A stretch of 64,000 bases of DNA from assembly GCA_938042195.1 (NCBI GenBank), contig CALIRQ010000007.1, forward strand, positions 71,871-135,870. The letters run 5' to 3'. This DNA comes from an uncultured archaeon. Its GTDB lineage: Archaea > Thermoproteota > Bathyarchaeia > 40CM-2-53-6 > CALIRQ01. A model generated the notes under the pieces. It saw only the letters and a list, made by a program, of their open reading frames with translations, ran no database searches and was not told the DNA's origin. Below, piece by piece: positions 10,255 through 21,475 of this stretch (positions are counted from its first letter, which is position 1; the number at the start of each line of letters is the position of its first letter). Both the position numbers and the translations under genes were made by a program.

Positions 10255-12222
10255 TTGCGAGAGATAATGGGTCGCGTTACAATGCGTCCGGTCGCGCTGT
10301 TGCTATTGTTTCTGGCGCTTCCCGCCCAGGTTTTATGCGCGGAGAGCGCGCGTGCCATGCCGCCTTTGGAGGCCATGACCTTCCAGCCGGGCAGCTTCGT
10401 GATACCCATGGACGATAAACAATTTGATAGGATAGGGGTCTATGGCCTCCTCCACGCGGTCTTGCGCAGGGGCGCGGAGATCTTCCGAATGATCCAACCC
10501 CCGGATGCGTTCTTGACCACGAACCTCCATCCGGACGGAGCCGTCTTTAGGGGCGGGGTTGTAATAATTGAGCAAAGGTTCGAGCCGATCCTGAACCAAG
10601 AGAGGCAATCCTTCCCGGATGTAAGCGTCGAGAGGCTCTCGATGCCGTTCTCCACGACGAGGGCCTTCAGGATAAACCACCCGACCAAGATCCTCCGGGT
10701 CGTTGGGACCTTTGGGCATACCGATGAAACCCTATCCAGAATGGGGATACCTTTCGACGAATTGACGAAGAGCGATCTCGCGATCAATCCGAAGGCGATA
10801 TGGGATTATACGCTCATAGTGATAGATTGCCCCGGGTGGGGCGGATACATCCCGGATAACGTCGCGAGCGAGTTAAGGGCGAGGGCCCAAAAAGGCGGGG
10901 AGATAATATTCACCGATATAGCTCTAGAGGACCTCGATAGGGTGTTCCCGAATTACGTTAAGGTCGGCAAGAATTACGCCGGCATATGGCCCGCCCGCAT
11001 CCATAACCCGCCCGCCCCAAGTTTCGATTCCGAGTACCCGAGCCAAGGATGGATCCCGCCCCCCGACCCAAGCGAGATATATGTATATACTTACGCCCAC
11101 GGTAGGGTCGTTTATGAGGTAACGGAGGAGCGCAAAAACGAGGTGAGGATCCTCGCCGATTCGGATTCCTACGGCCCCGCGGGCAAGTATGCCGTGCTCG
11201 CGTTCTACTTCGAATACGGCGAGGGGCTCGTTATGGGCTTGGCCCTCCATCCCCAGGATCAGAGCATATCCCAAGTCGGGGAGAAGGGATATTACGCCGT
11301 CCATGCGTTCTATGGCAATAAGTTCGTCCATGGGCCCCCGCCGCCGGATTTCACGATAAAATGCTCGCCCCCATCGGCCACGGTCAACGCGAGCAAATCC
11401 GTTTCGTATATGGTATCGATCCAATCGGTTAGCGGATTCAGCGAATCGGTGCATCTGAGCCTGAGCGGCCTGCCGCCGGCCACTTCCTTCTCCTTCTCCC
11501 CGGCCTCGGTCACGCCGCCCCCCGGCGGGTCGGCGCAATCCCTGTTGACGATCTCGACGACCGAGGCATCCCCGATCGGGACGTTCGATTTGGAAATCGT
11601 CGGGACCAGCGGCGAGATCTCCCATAGCTGCTCGATCAAGCTCGACATATTGGCTTTGATCCCGGATTTCACGATCTCCGTAAGCCCGAATTACATCGAG
11701 CTGAACAGAGGCGAATCGGCTGCCGTGGCCGTCACGATCGGATCCAAATGGGGGTTCGCCTCCAACGTAAGCCTGATCGCGGGGGGATTGCCGAGCGGCT
11801 TGGAGGCCTCCTTCGATCCGCCCATCGTTAATCCGGGGGGAGGGATCGCCGCATCATCCCTCTCGATCAAGGCGGGCCTCACGGCCGAGGCGGGCCTCTA
11901 TACCATAACGATATCCGGCTCCGGCCCCTCCTCCGCACACGATGCCTTCATAACCATAAAGGTCCTGCCGCCCAAGGACTCGGCCTTCGTGTTGCCCCTA
12001 TTGATCATCGTGATCGCCCTCTCGGTGATACTCCCAATGGCCCTCTTCGCGAGGAGGAGGCGCATCGCGAGGGCCGGCGGGCGCCCGCCTCCCTATCCGC
12101 GCAAGGGGAAGTACCCAATCCTCGGCGCCACGCCCGTTCGCGGGACATATGGGATTTGGGTTTCCCCGGAGGCCCTGAAGAGGCTGAGGGAGGCCGTTAG
12201 GTATAGGAGGCGCCCCTCATAG
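10255..12222 (+). CDS. Secreted, membrane-anchored surface protein with two Ig-like repeats
   Basis: Signal peptide ([19 protein letters not shown]), two ~106-aa PDFTI.. beta-rich repeats, C-terminal TM followed by RRRR; start may be 10267 or 10282. Confidence 0.8.
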   Translation: MREIMGRVTMRPVALLLLFLALPAQVLCAESARAMPPLEAMTFQPGSFVIPMDDKQFDRIGVYGLLHAVLRRGAEIFRMIQPPDAFLTTNLHPDGAVFRGGVVIIEQRFEPILNQERQSFPDVSVERLSMPFSTTRAFRINHPTKILRVVGTFGHTDETLSRMGIPFDELTKSDLAINPKAIWDYTLIVIDCPGWGGYIPDNVASELRARAQKGGEIIFTDIALEDLDRVFPNYVKVGKNYAGIWPARIHNPPAPSFDSEYPSQGWIPPPDPSEIYVYTYAHGRVVYEVTEERKNEVRILADSDSYGPAGKYAVLAFYFEYGEGLVMGLALHPQDQSISQVGEKGYYAVHAFYGNKFVHGPPPPDFTIKCSPPSATVNASKSVSYMVSIQSVSGFSESVHLSLSGLPPATSFSFSPASVTPPPGGSAQSLLTISTTEASPIGTFDLEIVGTSGEISHSCSIKLDILALIPDFTISVSPNYIELNRGESAAVAVTIGSKWGFASNVSLIAGGLPSGLEASFDPPIVNPGGGIAASSLSIKAGLTAEAGLYTITISGSGPSSAHDAFITIKVLPPKDSAFVLPLLIIVIALSVILPMALFARRRRIARAGGRPPPYPRKGKYPILGATPVRGTYGIWVSPEALKRLREAVRYRRRPS

Positions 12223-15200
12223 GGATCGGGCCCATTCCTGAGCCAAGGGCTTTTCGAGCGGCCCAGCCCCCGCCTCCAGTTCGGCGATCCTATGGTATTC
12301 CTGCAAGGGCCTAACGTCCATCTCGCCCCTTTTTATGGCCTCTATGCCCTCTATGGCCGCCAATGCGCCGGCGACCGTGGTTATATATGGGATGTTATAA
12401 TCGACGGCTGCCCTCCTCACCTGATAACCGTCGGACCTCGGGCCCTTCCCTACTGGGATATTTATGATCAAATCCACTCGGCCATTTATTATGGCGTCCA
12501 CTATGTTCGGCCTCCCCTCGCTCACCTTGAGGATCGTTTCGGCATCGATCCCATGGGCCAGGAGGTAATTGGCGGTTCCCTTGGTGGCCAATATCCTGAA
12601 TCCGAGTTCCTTTAACTTCCTCGCCACCCCAACTATCTTCGGCTTATCCCTATCCTTGACGCTTAGGAAAACCGTTCCATTGGTCGGTAGGGCCATCCCT
12701 GCGGCGAGCTCGGCCTTATAATACGCCATCCCGAATCGCTCGCTGATGCCCATGACCTCCCCGGTCGACTTCATCTCCGGGCCTAAGGCCGGATCGACCC
12801 CCGGGAGCTTCGCGAATGGGAAAACCGCCTCCTTGACCGCTCTATATCCCGGATCGAGCCTTTCCTTTACGCCCAGCTCCCTGAGCTTCTTCCCAAGCAT
12901 CAATTTGACCGCCATCTTCGCCAAAGGTATACCGGTGGCCTTGCTGACGAATGGGACGGTCCTCGAGGCCCTGGGATTGGCCTCTAAGACATATACGACC
13001 CCGCCCTTCACCGCGTACTGTATGTTGATCAGTCCGACGATTCCGATCGCCAACGCGATCCTTCTGGTATATTCTTTTATCGTTTCCACGGTCCTCGAAT
13101 CGAGGCTCACGGGCGGCAGGACGCATGCGGAATCCCCGGAATGGATCCCCGCCTCCTCTATATGCTCCATGATCCCACCTATCAGGACCTCCTCCCCGTC
13201 GCAGAGGGCGTCGACCTCCACCTCAATGGCATCCTCCAAGAACTTGTCTATCAATATGGGCTTCTCTGGGGAAACTTCCTCGGCCTCCTTCACGAACTCG
13301 ATGAGCTCCTCCTCGCCATAAACTATCTCCATGCCCCTTCCCCCCAATACATACGATGGCCTAACCAGAACGGGATAGCCCAGCCTCATCGCAACCTCCT
13401 TCGCCTCATCCAAACTATGGGCTATCCCGTTCTCGGGTTGCGGTATCCCCAGCTCCTCCATGAGCCGCGCGAACCTCTCCCTATCCTCCGCGATATCTAT
13501 CGCCTCCGAGGCCGTCCCCAAGAGCCTGACGCCGTTCTCCTCCAACCGTTTGGAGATGTTTAGCGGCGTCTGACCGCCCAGGGTTACTATGACGCCATCT
13601 GGGTTTTCGTTCTCCACTATGTGCATAACGTCCTCGAAGGTTATCGGTTCAAAGTATAGCCTATCCGAAGTATCGTAATCGGTGGATACGGTTTCAGGGT
13701 TGTTATTCACCATTATGGATTGATACCCTTCCTCCCTGAGCGAGAGGACGCCATGGACGCAGCAGTAATCGAACTCTATGCCTTGGCCTATCCTATTTGG
13801 TCCCGAGCCCAGGATCACGGCCTTCTTGCGCCTCGCTGGGATCGCCTCGTTCTCCTCCTCATAGGTGGAATAGAAGTAGGGGGTCCTCGCCTCAAACTCA
13901 GCGGCGCATGTATCGACCATCTTATAAACGGGCCTGAAGCCCCTCTTGCGCCTCACATCCGACTCCGACACGCCCAGTATGTGGGCGAGCTGGAGGTCGG
14001 AGAACCCGAGCCTCTTCGCCTCCCTGATGATCTGGGTCGGGATCGTATCCAACGTATAGCGCCGCAGCTCCCTCTCGAATTCCACGAGCCCCCTTATCTT
14101 CTCCAGGAACCAAGGATCTATCTTGGTCAGCTCATAGACCTCATCGATCCCCATCCCAGCTTGGAAGGCGTACCTTATGTAGAAGATCCTTTCGTGATTG
14201 GGGAGCTTGAGCTTCCTTACGATCTCCTCCAAGGAGGGCCTCTTATCCTTCCCATCGCACCCCAGCCCATGCCTCCCTATCTCCAAGGACCGCAGCGCCT
14301 TCTGCAGGGCCTCCTCGAAGCTCCTCCCTATCGCCATGACCTCCCCGACGGATTTCATCTGGGTCGTCAGGGTGGCGTCGGCGGTCTTGAACTTATCGAA
14401 TGCGAACCTCGGGACCTTGACGACGACGTAATCTATCGTCGGCTCGAACGAGGCCAGAGTCTCCTTCGTGATATCGTTCGGGATCTCGTCCAGCGTATAT
14501 CCGACCGCGAGCTTCGCGGCTATCTTCGCTATCGGAAAGCCCGTTGCCTTCGAGGCGAGGGCCGATGAGCGGGATACCCTTGGGTTGATCTCTATGGCCA
14601 CGGTCCTCCCGGTTTCGGGATGGATCGCGAATTGTATATTCGACCCGCCAGTTTCGACGCCCACCTCCCTTATGATCTTTATCGCGTAATCCCTGAGCCT
14701 TTGGTATTCCACATCGGTCAGCGTCTGGGCCGGGGCCACGGTTATGCTATCGCCCGTATGGATGCCCATCGGATCGAAGTTCTCTATGGAGCATATTATG
14801 ACCACGTTATCCGCCAAGTCCCTCATGACCTCGAGCTCGTACTCCTTCCAGCCGATGAGGCTTTCCTCGATGAGGACTTGGTGAACCCTGCTCAGGGATA
14901 GGCCGCGCTCGACTATCTCCCTGAGCTCGTTCCTATTGAATGCTATCCCGCCGCCAGTTCCGCCCAAGGTGAAGGATGGGCGGATCACCACCGGATAGCC
15001 CAGTCCGTCGGCTATGCGTAGCGCCTCCTCCACGGAGCTGGCGAGGCCGCTCGCTGGGACCTCTATCCCTATCCTCTTCATCGATTCCTTGAACAGCTCC
15101 CTATCCTCGCCCTTCTTTATCGCCAGCGGCTTCGCCCCTATGGCCTCCACGCCGAACCTATCGAGGATCCCCCTTTCGGCCAATTCGACCGTGAGGTTCA

Positions 15201-15486
15201 GGCCTATCTGGCCGCCGAGGGTCGGCAGGATCGCATCGGGCCTCTCCCTCGCTATTATCCTTTCGAGGGCCTCCGGGACCAGCGGCTCTATGTAGGTCCT
15301 ATCGGCCATCCCCGGATCGGTCATTATAGTAGCCGGGTTCGAGTTCACCAGGATCACCTCATAGCCCTCCTCCTTGAGCGCCTTGCAGGCTTGGCTGCCG
15401 GAATAATCGAACTCGGCCGCTTGGCCTATCACTATCGGACCCGAGCCGATTATCAGGATCTTCCTTAGGTCCGTTCTCTTCGGCAA
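12217..15486 (-). CDS. carB: Carbamoyl-phosphate synthase large subunit
   Basis: [24 protein letters not shown], two ATP-grasp domains, MGS domain. Confidence 0.98.
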   Translation of the reverse strand: MPKRTDLRKILIIGSGPIVIGQAAEFDYSGSQACKALKEEGYEVILVNSNPATIMTDPGMADRTYIEPLVPEALERIIARERPDAILPTLGGQIGLNLTVELAERGILDRFGVEAIGAKPLAIKKGEDRELFKESMKRIGIEVPASGLASSVEEALRIADGLGYPVVIRPSFTLGGTGGGIAFNRNELREIVERGLSLSRVHQVLIEESLIGWKEYELEVMRDLADNVVIICSIENFDPMGIHTGDSITVAPAQTLTDVEYQRLRDYAIKIIREVGVETGGSNIQFAIHPETGRTVAIEINPRVSRSSALASKATGFPIAKIAAKLAVGYTLDEIPNDITKETLASFEPTIDYVVVKVPRFAFDKFKTADATLTTQMKSVGEVMAIGRSFEEALQKALRSLEIGRHGLGCDGKDKRPSLEEIVRKLKLPNHERIFYIRYAFQAGMGIDEVYELTKIDPWFLEKIRGLVEFERELRRYTLDTIPTQIIREAKRLGFSDLQLAHILGVSESDVRRKRGFRPVYKMVDTCAAEFEARTPYFYSTYEEENEAIPARRKKAVILGSGPNRIGQGIEFDYCCVHGVLSLREEGYQSIMVNNNPETVSTDYDTSDRLYFEPITFEDVMHIVENENPDGVIVTLGGQTPLNISKRLEENGVRLLGTASEAIDIAEDRERFARLMEELGIPQPENGIAHSLDEAKEVAMRLGYPVLVRPSYVLGGRGMEIVYGEEELIEFVKEAEEVSPEKPILIDKFLEDAIEVEVDALCDGEEVLIGGIMEHIEEAGIHSGDSACVLPPVSLDSRTVETIKEYTRRIALAIGIVGLINIQYAVKGGVVYVLEANPRASRTVPFVSKATGIPLAKMAVKLMLGKKLRELGVKERLDPGYRAVKEAVFPFAKLPGVDPALGPEMKSTGEVMGISERFGMAYYKAELAAGMALPTNGTVFLSVKDRDKPKIVGVARKLKELGFRILATKGTANYLLAHGIDAETILKVSEGRPNIVDAIINGRVDLIINIPVGKGPRSDGYQVRRAAVDYNIPYITTVAGALAAIEGIEAIKRGEMDVRPLQEYHRIAELEAGAGPLEKPLAQEWARSL

Positions 15487-15492
15487 AGGGAA

Positions 15493-16635
15493 TCACCTCA
15501 GCATCTCGAGCGCCTCATCGAAGAAGAAGTGGGTATCATGCGGCCCGGGCCCGGCCTCGGGATGGTATTGGACGCATAATATTGGCAGCTCCTTGTGCCT
15601 GAGCCCCTCGATCGTGCGGTCGTTGAGGTTTATCTGCGTGACCTCTAGCCCCGTGCCGGCGAGGGAGGATTCGTCCACGGCGAAGCCATGGTTTTGGCTC
15701 GATATGAATACCCTCCCGGATTCGAAATCCTTGACGGGCTGGTTGGAGCCCCTATGGCCGAACTTCAGCTTGAAGGTCTTCGCCCCCATGGCTAGGGATA
15801 TGAGCTGATGGCCGAGGCAGATGCCTATTATGGGCATCTTGCCCACTAATTCCCGAATGGTCCCAATCGTCTGATGGACCCTAGCCGGGTCCCCGGGACC
15901 GTTCGATATGAATAGGCCGTCCGGATCCAGCTCCATTATCTTTTCAGGCGGATAGTCGAATGGCATCAACCATACGTCAATCCCCCTACGCAGTATCTGC
16001 TTCAGGATGCTCCTCTTGGCCCCGCAATCCAAGAACGCGAGCTTGCGCCCCCCGCCCCCATCCGCCTCCAAGAATCTAGGCTCCCTTATCGATACCCTAT
16101 CTACCAGATCCAGCTCGGTTATATGGGGTTGCTCCCTAGCCCTCCTGAGGAGCTCGGCCTCGCTCGGCCCATTCCCTGGCTTGAAGACGGCCAAGGCCGA
16201 CTTCATAGTGCCATATACCCGGGCCTTCTTGGTCAGCATTCGGGTATCGACGCCCTCGATCCCCGGCACTCCATGCTCCTCCAAGAGCTCAGCCAAAGCC
16301 CTTTGGGACCTCCAATTGCTCGGCCTCTTGCAGAGCTCCCTTACGACGAACCCCTCCACTTGGACGCGATCGCTCTCAAAATCCTCCTCGGTCACGCCAT
16401 AATTCCCTATCAACGGATAGGTCATCATCAATATCTGGCCCGCGTAGGAGGGATCCGTCAAAGCCTCCACATAGCCCGTCATGGATGTATTGAAAACCAA
16501 TTCCCCCTCGGCGATCCCCTCCGATCCGAAGCCCTTCCCCTTCACCAAGGTCCCATCCTCGAGGGCGAGCATCGCCTCCAACCCTTCGCCCCTCCGCGGC
16601 CCCTGAGACCCCTCCTGCGGCCGCATATCGTACAA
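15493..16635 (-). CDS. carA: Carbamoyl-phosphate synthase small subunit
   Basis: FNTSMTGY, SNGPGDP, GICLGHQ, QYHPEA; true start probably somewhat downstream of 16635. Confidence 0.97.
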   Translation of the reverse strand: MYDMRPQEGSQGPRRGEGLEAMLALEDGTLVKGKGFGSEGIAEGELVFNTSMTGYVEALTDPSYAGQILMMTYPLIGNYGVTEEDFESDRVQVEGFVVRELCKRPSNWRSQRALAELLEEHGVPGIEGVDTRMLTKKARVYGTMKSALAVFKPGNGPSEAELLRRAREQPHITELDLVDRVSIREPRFLEADGGGGRKLAFLDCGAKRSILKQILRRGIDVWLMPFDYPPEKIMELDPDGLFISNGPGDPARVHQTIGTIRELVGKMPIIGICLGHQLISLAMGAKTFKLKFGHRGSNQPVKDFESGRVFISSQNHGFAVDESSLAGTGLEVTQINLNDRTIEGLRHKELPILCVQYHPEAGPGPHDTHFFFDEALEMLR

Positions 16636-16726
16636 GCCCCTCGGGGGCTCCGCTCGCCCCTCCTGATAAGGGTTTATCCCCTGAGTTTGGGGCTAGCGGC
16701 CGGAGGGATCCCGGGGGGCCATCGGC

Positions 16727-17272
16727 TCATTTCACCAACTTCAGGACCTCCTTGAACTCCGGCGTCCCGGCCCTCCTCAAAATCTCGTAGATGGCCATCT
16801 CGACGCTGCTCGGGATCGCCCCCGCCCTCTCCATCCTCCTCAAGCCAATTTCCCGATCCAGCTCGGAGCGGGATGAGGTCGCGTCCTCTAGGATGTGGAC
16901 CTCGAACCCCCTTCTGATGGCCTCCAACGCCGTTTGGGCTACGCAGATATGCGTTTCGACGCCGCTCATCAATAGCTTCCCCCTCCTAAAACCCTCGATG
17001 GCCCTGCGGAACCCCTCCTCCTCAAAGCAATTGAAGTGGATCTTCTCTATCGGCTCCACCTCTTGAAGCGCCCTCAGCTCCGGCACGGTCCTGCCGAGCC
17101 CCTTCGGATATTGCTCCGTGATCACTATTGGAACCCCTAGGGTCCTGAAGGCCTTGATCGCCAGGGCCGTCCTCTCTATGATGAACTTGGCGTTCGCTAT
17201 CCTCGGCATGAGCTTCTCTTGGAAATCGATGCATATGAGGATGGAATCCTCGGCGCTTAGGACCATGGCCAA
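16727..17272 (-). CDS. Isochorismatase family cysteine hydrolase
   Basis: IDFQEKL, TEQYPKGLG, GVETHICV (D-K-C triad). Confidence 0.9.
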   Translation of the reverse strand: MAMVLSAEDSILICIDFQEKLMPRIANAKFIIERTALAIKAFRTLGVPIVITEQYPKGLGRTVPELRALQEVEPIEKIHFNCFEEEGFRRAIEGFRRGKLLMSGVETHICVAQTALEAIRRGFEVHILEDATSSRSELDREIGLRRMERAGAIPSSVEMAIYEILRRAGTPEFKEVLKLVK

Positions 17273-17338
17273 TCGTTGGGGGGGACTTCGGTTTAAAAGG
17301 CCTTCGATCCGAATTTACCGGTCCCCGCGGGCAAGAGG

Positions 17339-17707
17339 CTATCCCCGCGGCATGGTTTCAGAGGGAAAGATCACTATCAGCTTCAGGATCCCATCGCCCA
17401 TGTTGCCCGTCCCATGCTCCACCCCGGCCGGTATATATATCACTTGGCCGGGCCCGACCTCGATCGGGCCGGAGGGGCTATGCTCGCTCCCCCTCCCCTC
17501 CAACACGAATATGATCTCGTCGCGGTCATGCGTATGGGGCTCATGCCTAACCCCAGGCTTGACTTCCGTTATATGGATGTGGAGGCCCGCATCCCTAACG
17601 ACCCCCTTCTCCCGATCGAAGAGGATCCTCAGGGCGCCCCAAGGGACCTCGGTTGGGCTAACATCTTTAACATCGATTATCCTTATTCCCTTCTCGACCA
17701 AATCCAT
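17339..17707 (-). CDS. Cupin domain protein
   Basis: PHTHDRDEIIFVLEG and YIPAGVEH metal-binding cupin motifs. Confidence 0.88.
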   Translation of the reverse strand: MDLVEKGIRIIDVKDVSPTEVPWGALRILFDREKGVVRDAGLHIHITEVKPGVRHEPHTHDRDEIIFVLEGRGSEHSPSGPIEVGPGQVIYIPAGVEHGTGNMGDGILKLIVIFPSETMPRG

Positions 17708-17719
17708 CGCCCCGACGAT

Positions 17720-18415
17720 TCAAAGAACCCTCCGCTTGAGCTCGGAGAGCTTGGCCCCTCTCCTCAGAGCGTTCCTGACCTTCTCCTCCTCCTCGAAGTA
17801 CTCGAGGCAGATGGAATGGATATCCTTGATGTACGCCTTCGGCACAACGAGGACTCCATCGTAGTCCCCGAAGACTAGATCCCCAGGCCTGACCTGTATG
17901 CCGCCGCACTTTATCGGGGCATTAACCAGCACCGTCTCCAGCCTCGTTTGGGCCGTCGTAACGACCGGGTTCCGATAGAATAGCGGGAACCCCATCTCCC
18001 TTATGCTGAGGACATCCCTGACGCCACCATCCACGACGGCGCCTCCGAGGCCCCTCGCCTTGCCCGCTATGGACATCATCTCGCCCCACATCCCGGAATC
18101 GTTCATCCCGCCGCCTACGACGAAGACATCGCCCCTTTGGGCGTTGTCGATGGCCTCGAAGGCCAAGTCGAGCCCTTTCCTTTCGCGGAAGGATTCAAAC
18201 GAGGGCGGGACCATCCATAGCGTAACCGCAGGGCCTATTATCTTCACATCATCCGATATGGGCCTCAGGCCCGGATCCATCCAAGTTCTCACCTCCAAGC
18301 CGAGCACCTTATCGCAAGCGTCCTGTATTATGCCCGTATACATCCTTCGCAGGTCTTCCATCACTTCCTTTGGAGGCCTCTCTATATCGAACAACGTTGT
18401 CAACCCCTCTGCCAT
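17720..18415 (-). CDS. RraA family / HMG-CHA aldolase-like protein
   Basis: GPAVT, WGEMMS, VVDGGVRD, PGDLVFGDYDGV. Confidence 0.88.
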   Translation of the reverse strand: MAEGLTTLFDIERPPKEVMEDLRRMYTGIIQDACDKVLGLEVRTWMDPGLRPISDDVKIIGPAVTLWMVPPSFESFRERKGLDLAFEAIDNAQRGDVFVVGGGMNDSGMWGEMMSIAGKARGLGGAVVDGGVRDVLSIREMGFPLFYRNPVVTTAQTRLETVLVNAPIKCGGIQVRPGDLVFGDYDGVLVVPKAYIKDIHSICLEYFEEEEKVRNALRRGAKLSELKRRVL

Positions 18416-18592
18416 GTTGAAGACGATTATAAAAGGATTGCGCAAATGAGGAAGTTCATAGAAATCTTAATGCTAAGATTCGCGGCGCATAAAACATGCT
18501 TCATCAGTCATGGTATTTAAGGAATTGCATGGGCTTGTTGAAGTCGTAACATCTCAATTCAATACGTGCTCAGCTTCGCTCTGATCCGGCCT

Positions 18593-19399
18593 CTATCGCA
18601 TCTCCAGCCCGCCCGTGACATTTATCGCTTGCCCCGTCATATAATCGGCATCGCTTGAAGCCAGGAAAGCCACCACGCCGGCCACGTCCTCCGGTTTTCC
18701 CATCCTGCCCAAGGGTATCCTATGCTCCCTCACAATTTTCTCAAAGAGATCATCGACATCCCTCGCCGACCCCGGGAACCGCTCGAGCTGTATCCTCCCC
18801 CATCTCCTAAGCCCTGGCGTATCGGTCCAGCCGGGGCAGACCGCGTTGACGTTGATCCCGCATTCGGCGAGCTCCTTCGCCAAGGCTTGTGTGAGCGCTA
18901 TCACCCCGGCCTTCGCCGCGCTATAATGGGGCTCTCCCAGGACCGGGCATTTGCCAGCATATGATGAGATGTTCACGATCTTCCCCTTGATCCCGTGCTT
19001 GATCATCTCCCTCACGACCCTTTGGGTGCAAAGGAAGACGCTCTTCAGATTGAGATCCACGATCCTATCCCAATCTTCCTCCTTTATATCCAAGAAGGGT
19101 TGCACCTCTCCCCCTCCCGCATTGTTGACGAGTATATCGATCCTCCCAAACTCCTTCATCGCCGCCCCCACCATGCTCTCAATATCCTCGATCTTCGTGA
19201 CATCGCCAACAATCGCAAGGGAGATCCCTCCATGCGCCCTGACCTCTCCAGCAACCCCCTCGGCTCTATCCTTGGCTAGGTCGAAAATGACAACGCTCGC
19301 GCCCTCCCGCGCAAAGCGCAACGCAATCGCCCTCCCAATTCCGCTACCTCCCCCGGTCACGATGGCAACCTTGCCTTCAAATCTCCTCTCTCCGCACAT
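18593..19399 (-). CDS. Classical SDR NAD(P)-dependent oxidoreductase
   Basis: TGGGSGIG, NNAG, YSAAK, CPGWTDT, TGQAINVTGG. Confidence 0.93.
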   Translation of the reverse strand: MCGERRFEGKVAIVTGGGSGIGRAIALRFAREGASVVIFDLAKDRAEGVAGEVRAHGGISLAIVGDVTKIEDIESMVGAAMKEFGRIDILVNNAGGGEVQPFLDIKEEDWDRIVDLNLKSVFLCTQRVVREMIKHGIKGKIVNISSYAGKCPVLGEPHYSAAKAGVIALTQALAKELAECGINVNAVCPGWTDTPGLRRWGRIQLERFPGSARDVDDLFEKIVREHRIPLGRMGKPEDVAGVVAFLASSDADYMTGQAINVTGGLEMR

Positions 19400-19581
19400 C
19401 TACCCTCACCTACACTTCCCATCGCTCCTTTCCATGTGGAATGAAAATTTTATTTTAGTTACGCATCGTCTTCGGTGAGCAAAGCTTAAAATTCCTTCCC
19501 TTCGGGTTGAGCGATTTTCCAAAAAATATGAAAGGCTTAAAACGGAAGAAGCCTCTCAATTAAAAATGGGGCGAGATTGAG

Positions 19582-20574
19582 ATGCGCGTCCTTATAACCG
19601 GCGGGACGGGATGGCTGGGATTCTACGTAACCGAGAGGTTCCTTAAGGAGGGGTATGAAGTCATATGCTATGATTCGAAGCCCAGCCCGTTTCCGGATTT
19701 CATCCAAGGGGACCTCGGGAAGGCGAAGGTGGTCAAGGGCGATATTTTGGAGCTACCCCACCTCCTGAGGGCCGTTAGGGCGAATGGGGTAGAGGGGATC
19801 GTCCATCTAGCCTTCGTGTTGAATGAGCCGTTGATGAGGGAGTTCCCCTTGGGCGTTGCTCACAGGGTAAACGTGGAAGGTACGATGAACGTCCTCGAAG
19901 CGGCTAGGCTATCGGACCTGAGACTCGTGTTCGCGAGCTCCGGCGCGGTCTTCGGCGACAGGCCCGACGCCAGGCCTGTGAAAGAGGACGACATCAGGCT
20001 GGAGAACATAGACAGGATCTACGCGGCCAATAAGATAATGTGTGAGGCGATAGTGAACTCCTACGTTTCCGTTTACGGCCTAGACGCCGTTTCGATGAGG
20101 CCCGGCATGATGTATGGCCCAGGGATGTGGATGCGATATCCGATCGCGGTACTCGTCGAGAGGGCAAACGACGGCATGCCGACCCGCCTCCCATTCGGTG
20201 GGGACGTCCCATTTGATTGGATCTACGGGAAGGATGCCGCCAAGGCCTTCTTCCTCGGATATAAGGTCCGCCCGATAAAGCATAGGGTCTTCAACATATC
20301 CGATGGAAGGGGGTATACGCTGAAGGAAACCGCCGAGGTCGTGAAGAGGCTGATCCCAAACGCTGTGATTGAGATTGGGCCCGGCTTTGTGGATAAGTCG
20401 AGATTGGACTCGATAGAGGTGGAGGACCTCCGCAACTTCTTCCGCATGATGCCCTTGAGGGGCCCCATGGATAGCGGCAGGATAAGGGCGGAGCTGGGGT
20501 TCAAGCCGGACTATACGCTGGAAGCTGGCATCGCGGAATATCTCAAGTGGTTGCGGTCCCGTAAGGGTCGGTGA
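19582..20574 (+). CDS. Extended SDR / NAD-dependent epimerase-dehydratase
   Basis: ITGGTGWLG, HLA, ASSGAV, YAANK. Confidence 0.9.
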   Translation: MRVLITGGTGWLGFYVTERFLKEGYEVICYDSKPSPFPDFIQGDLGKAKVVKGDILELPHLLRAVRANGVEGIVHLAFVLNEPLMREFPLGVAHRVNVEGTMNVLEAARLSDLRLVFASSGAVFGDRPDARPVKEDDIRLENIDRIYAANKIMCEAIVNSYVSVYGLDAVSMRPGMMYGPGMWMRYPIAVLVERANDGMPTRLPFGGDVPFDWIYGKDAAKAFFLGYKVRPIKHRVFNISDGRGYTLKETAEVVKRLIPNAVIEIGPGFVDKSRLDSIEVEDLRNFFRMMPLRGPMDSGRIRAELGFKPDYTLEAGIAEYLKWLRSRKGR

Positions 20575-20959
20575 ATGCCCACAGCCCCTGGCCCTTTGGG
20601 AACCTCATGACCCCCCTCGAAGATTGACCAGCGCTAGAAATTCACCTAGCCCCGCATGGCCGGACAGGATGTCAGAATGGCGCAATTTCCGAGCGCCCAT
20701 CATGGATAAATAGGCACTATGAGTGATGGCCGATCAAAATTTGGTGAGTGAGATCTTCGGAACGGATGTCCCAATAATAGGCGGGGCGAGGCCAGCTTAT
20801 CATTTCAGCTTAAGCTGGCCAGAATGTCGGCCCCCTCCTAAGGATAATCACTTATTGTAAAAATACGTAAAATTTACCTAAAATCAAGTTATGATTCAAA
20901 TCATTGATCACTCATTGATTCTTCATCCCGACCAGCGCACATATCTCCCACTCGGACCA

Positions 20960-21311
20960 TTCAAAAGACTTCCCATCGAATAGGGAGGCCCTGAGGCGCT
21001 CGACCCGGGGCGTACTCCCCCCATCGGTCTCAATATCGCCGAATACAACAACTCGTCCTTTTCGGTGGAGAATACGGAGGTATAGGGCTGGCCGTCGAAA
21101 CAGATGCCCGCTATTCGATCCGTCTCCTCAACGATTAATGCGCTTGCAGATCTTCGAGCGCCTCGCCGGTCCCTTTGGATTCGCTTGGCCCATCAAAGCT
21201 CGAGGCAATAATTGAGTATTCCTCGGATAATGCCGTTATGAGTTTCCCCATCCAAGGTCATGAGCGTCGCATCGCATCCCCAGCCCCGATCTCTGCCGAG
21301 AAAATTCTCAT
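20960..21311 (-). pseudogene. Eroded N-terminal fragment of an FGGY carbohydrate kinase (xylulokinase-like)
   Basis: Frame-hopping translation gives MRIF.AEIG / GCDATLMTLDG / LITALSEEYSII..WA / IAGICFDGQPYTSV...AIL / DGGSTPRVERLR, matching the FGGY N-domain pattern. Confidence 0.65.
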
Positions 21312-21475
21312 GGCAATCCAAAGGGATCGCTCTCTGGGGGCCTTCGAGAATAAGCCTTTGGCCCGTCCATAAGGTGGCTGGGGGCCATTGGCATAAGGGG
21401 CGGTTCCGGGCTTAGCTAGGGCCCCTCAAATCGAGATCGTCGCAAATCTTTTAAAACTTTGGTAGATATACAAAG

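Noticed and set aside
20726-20860. Short ORF MADQNLVSEIFGTDVPIIGG resembling a BtpA or nitronate monooxygenase N-terminus
   Set aside because: Similarity covers only ~12 residues, too weak to call
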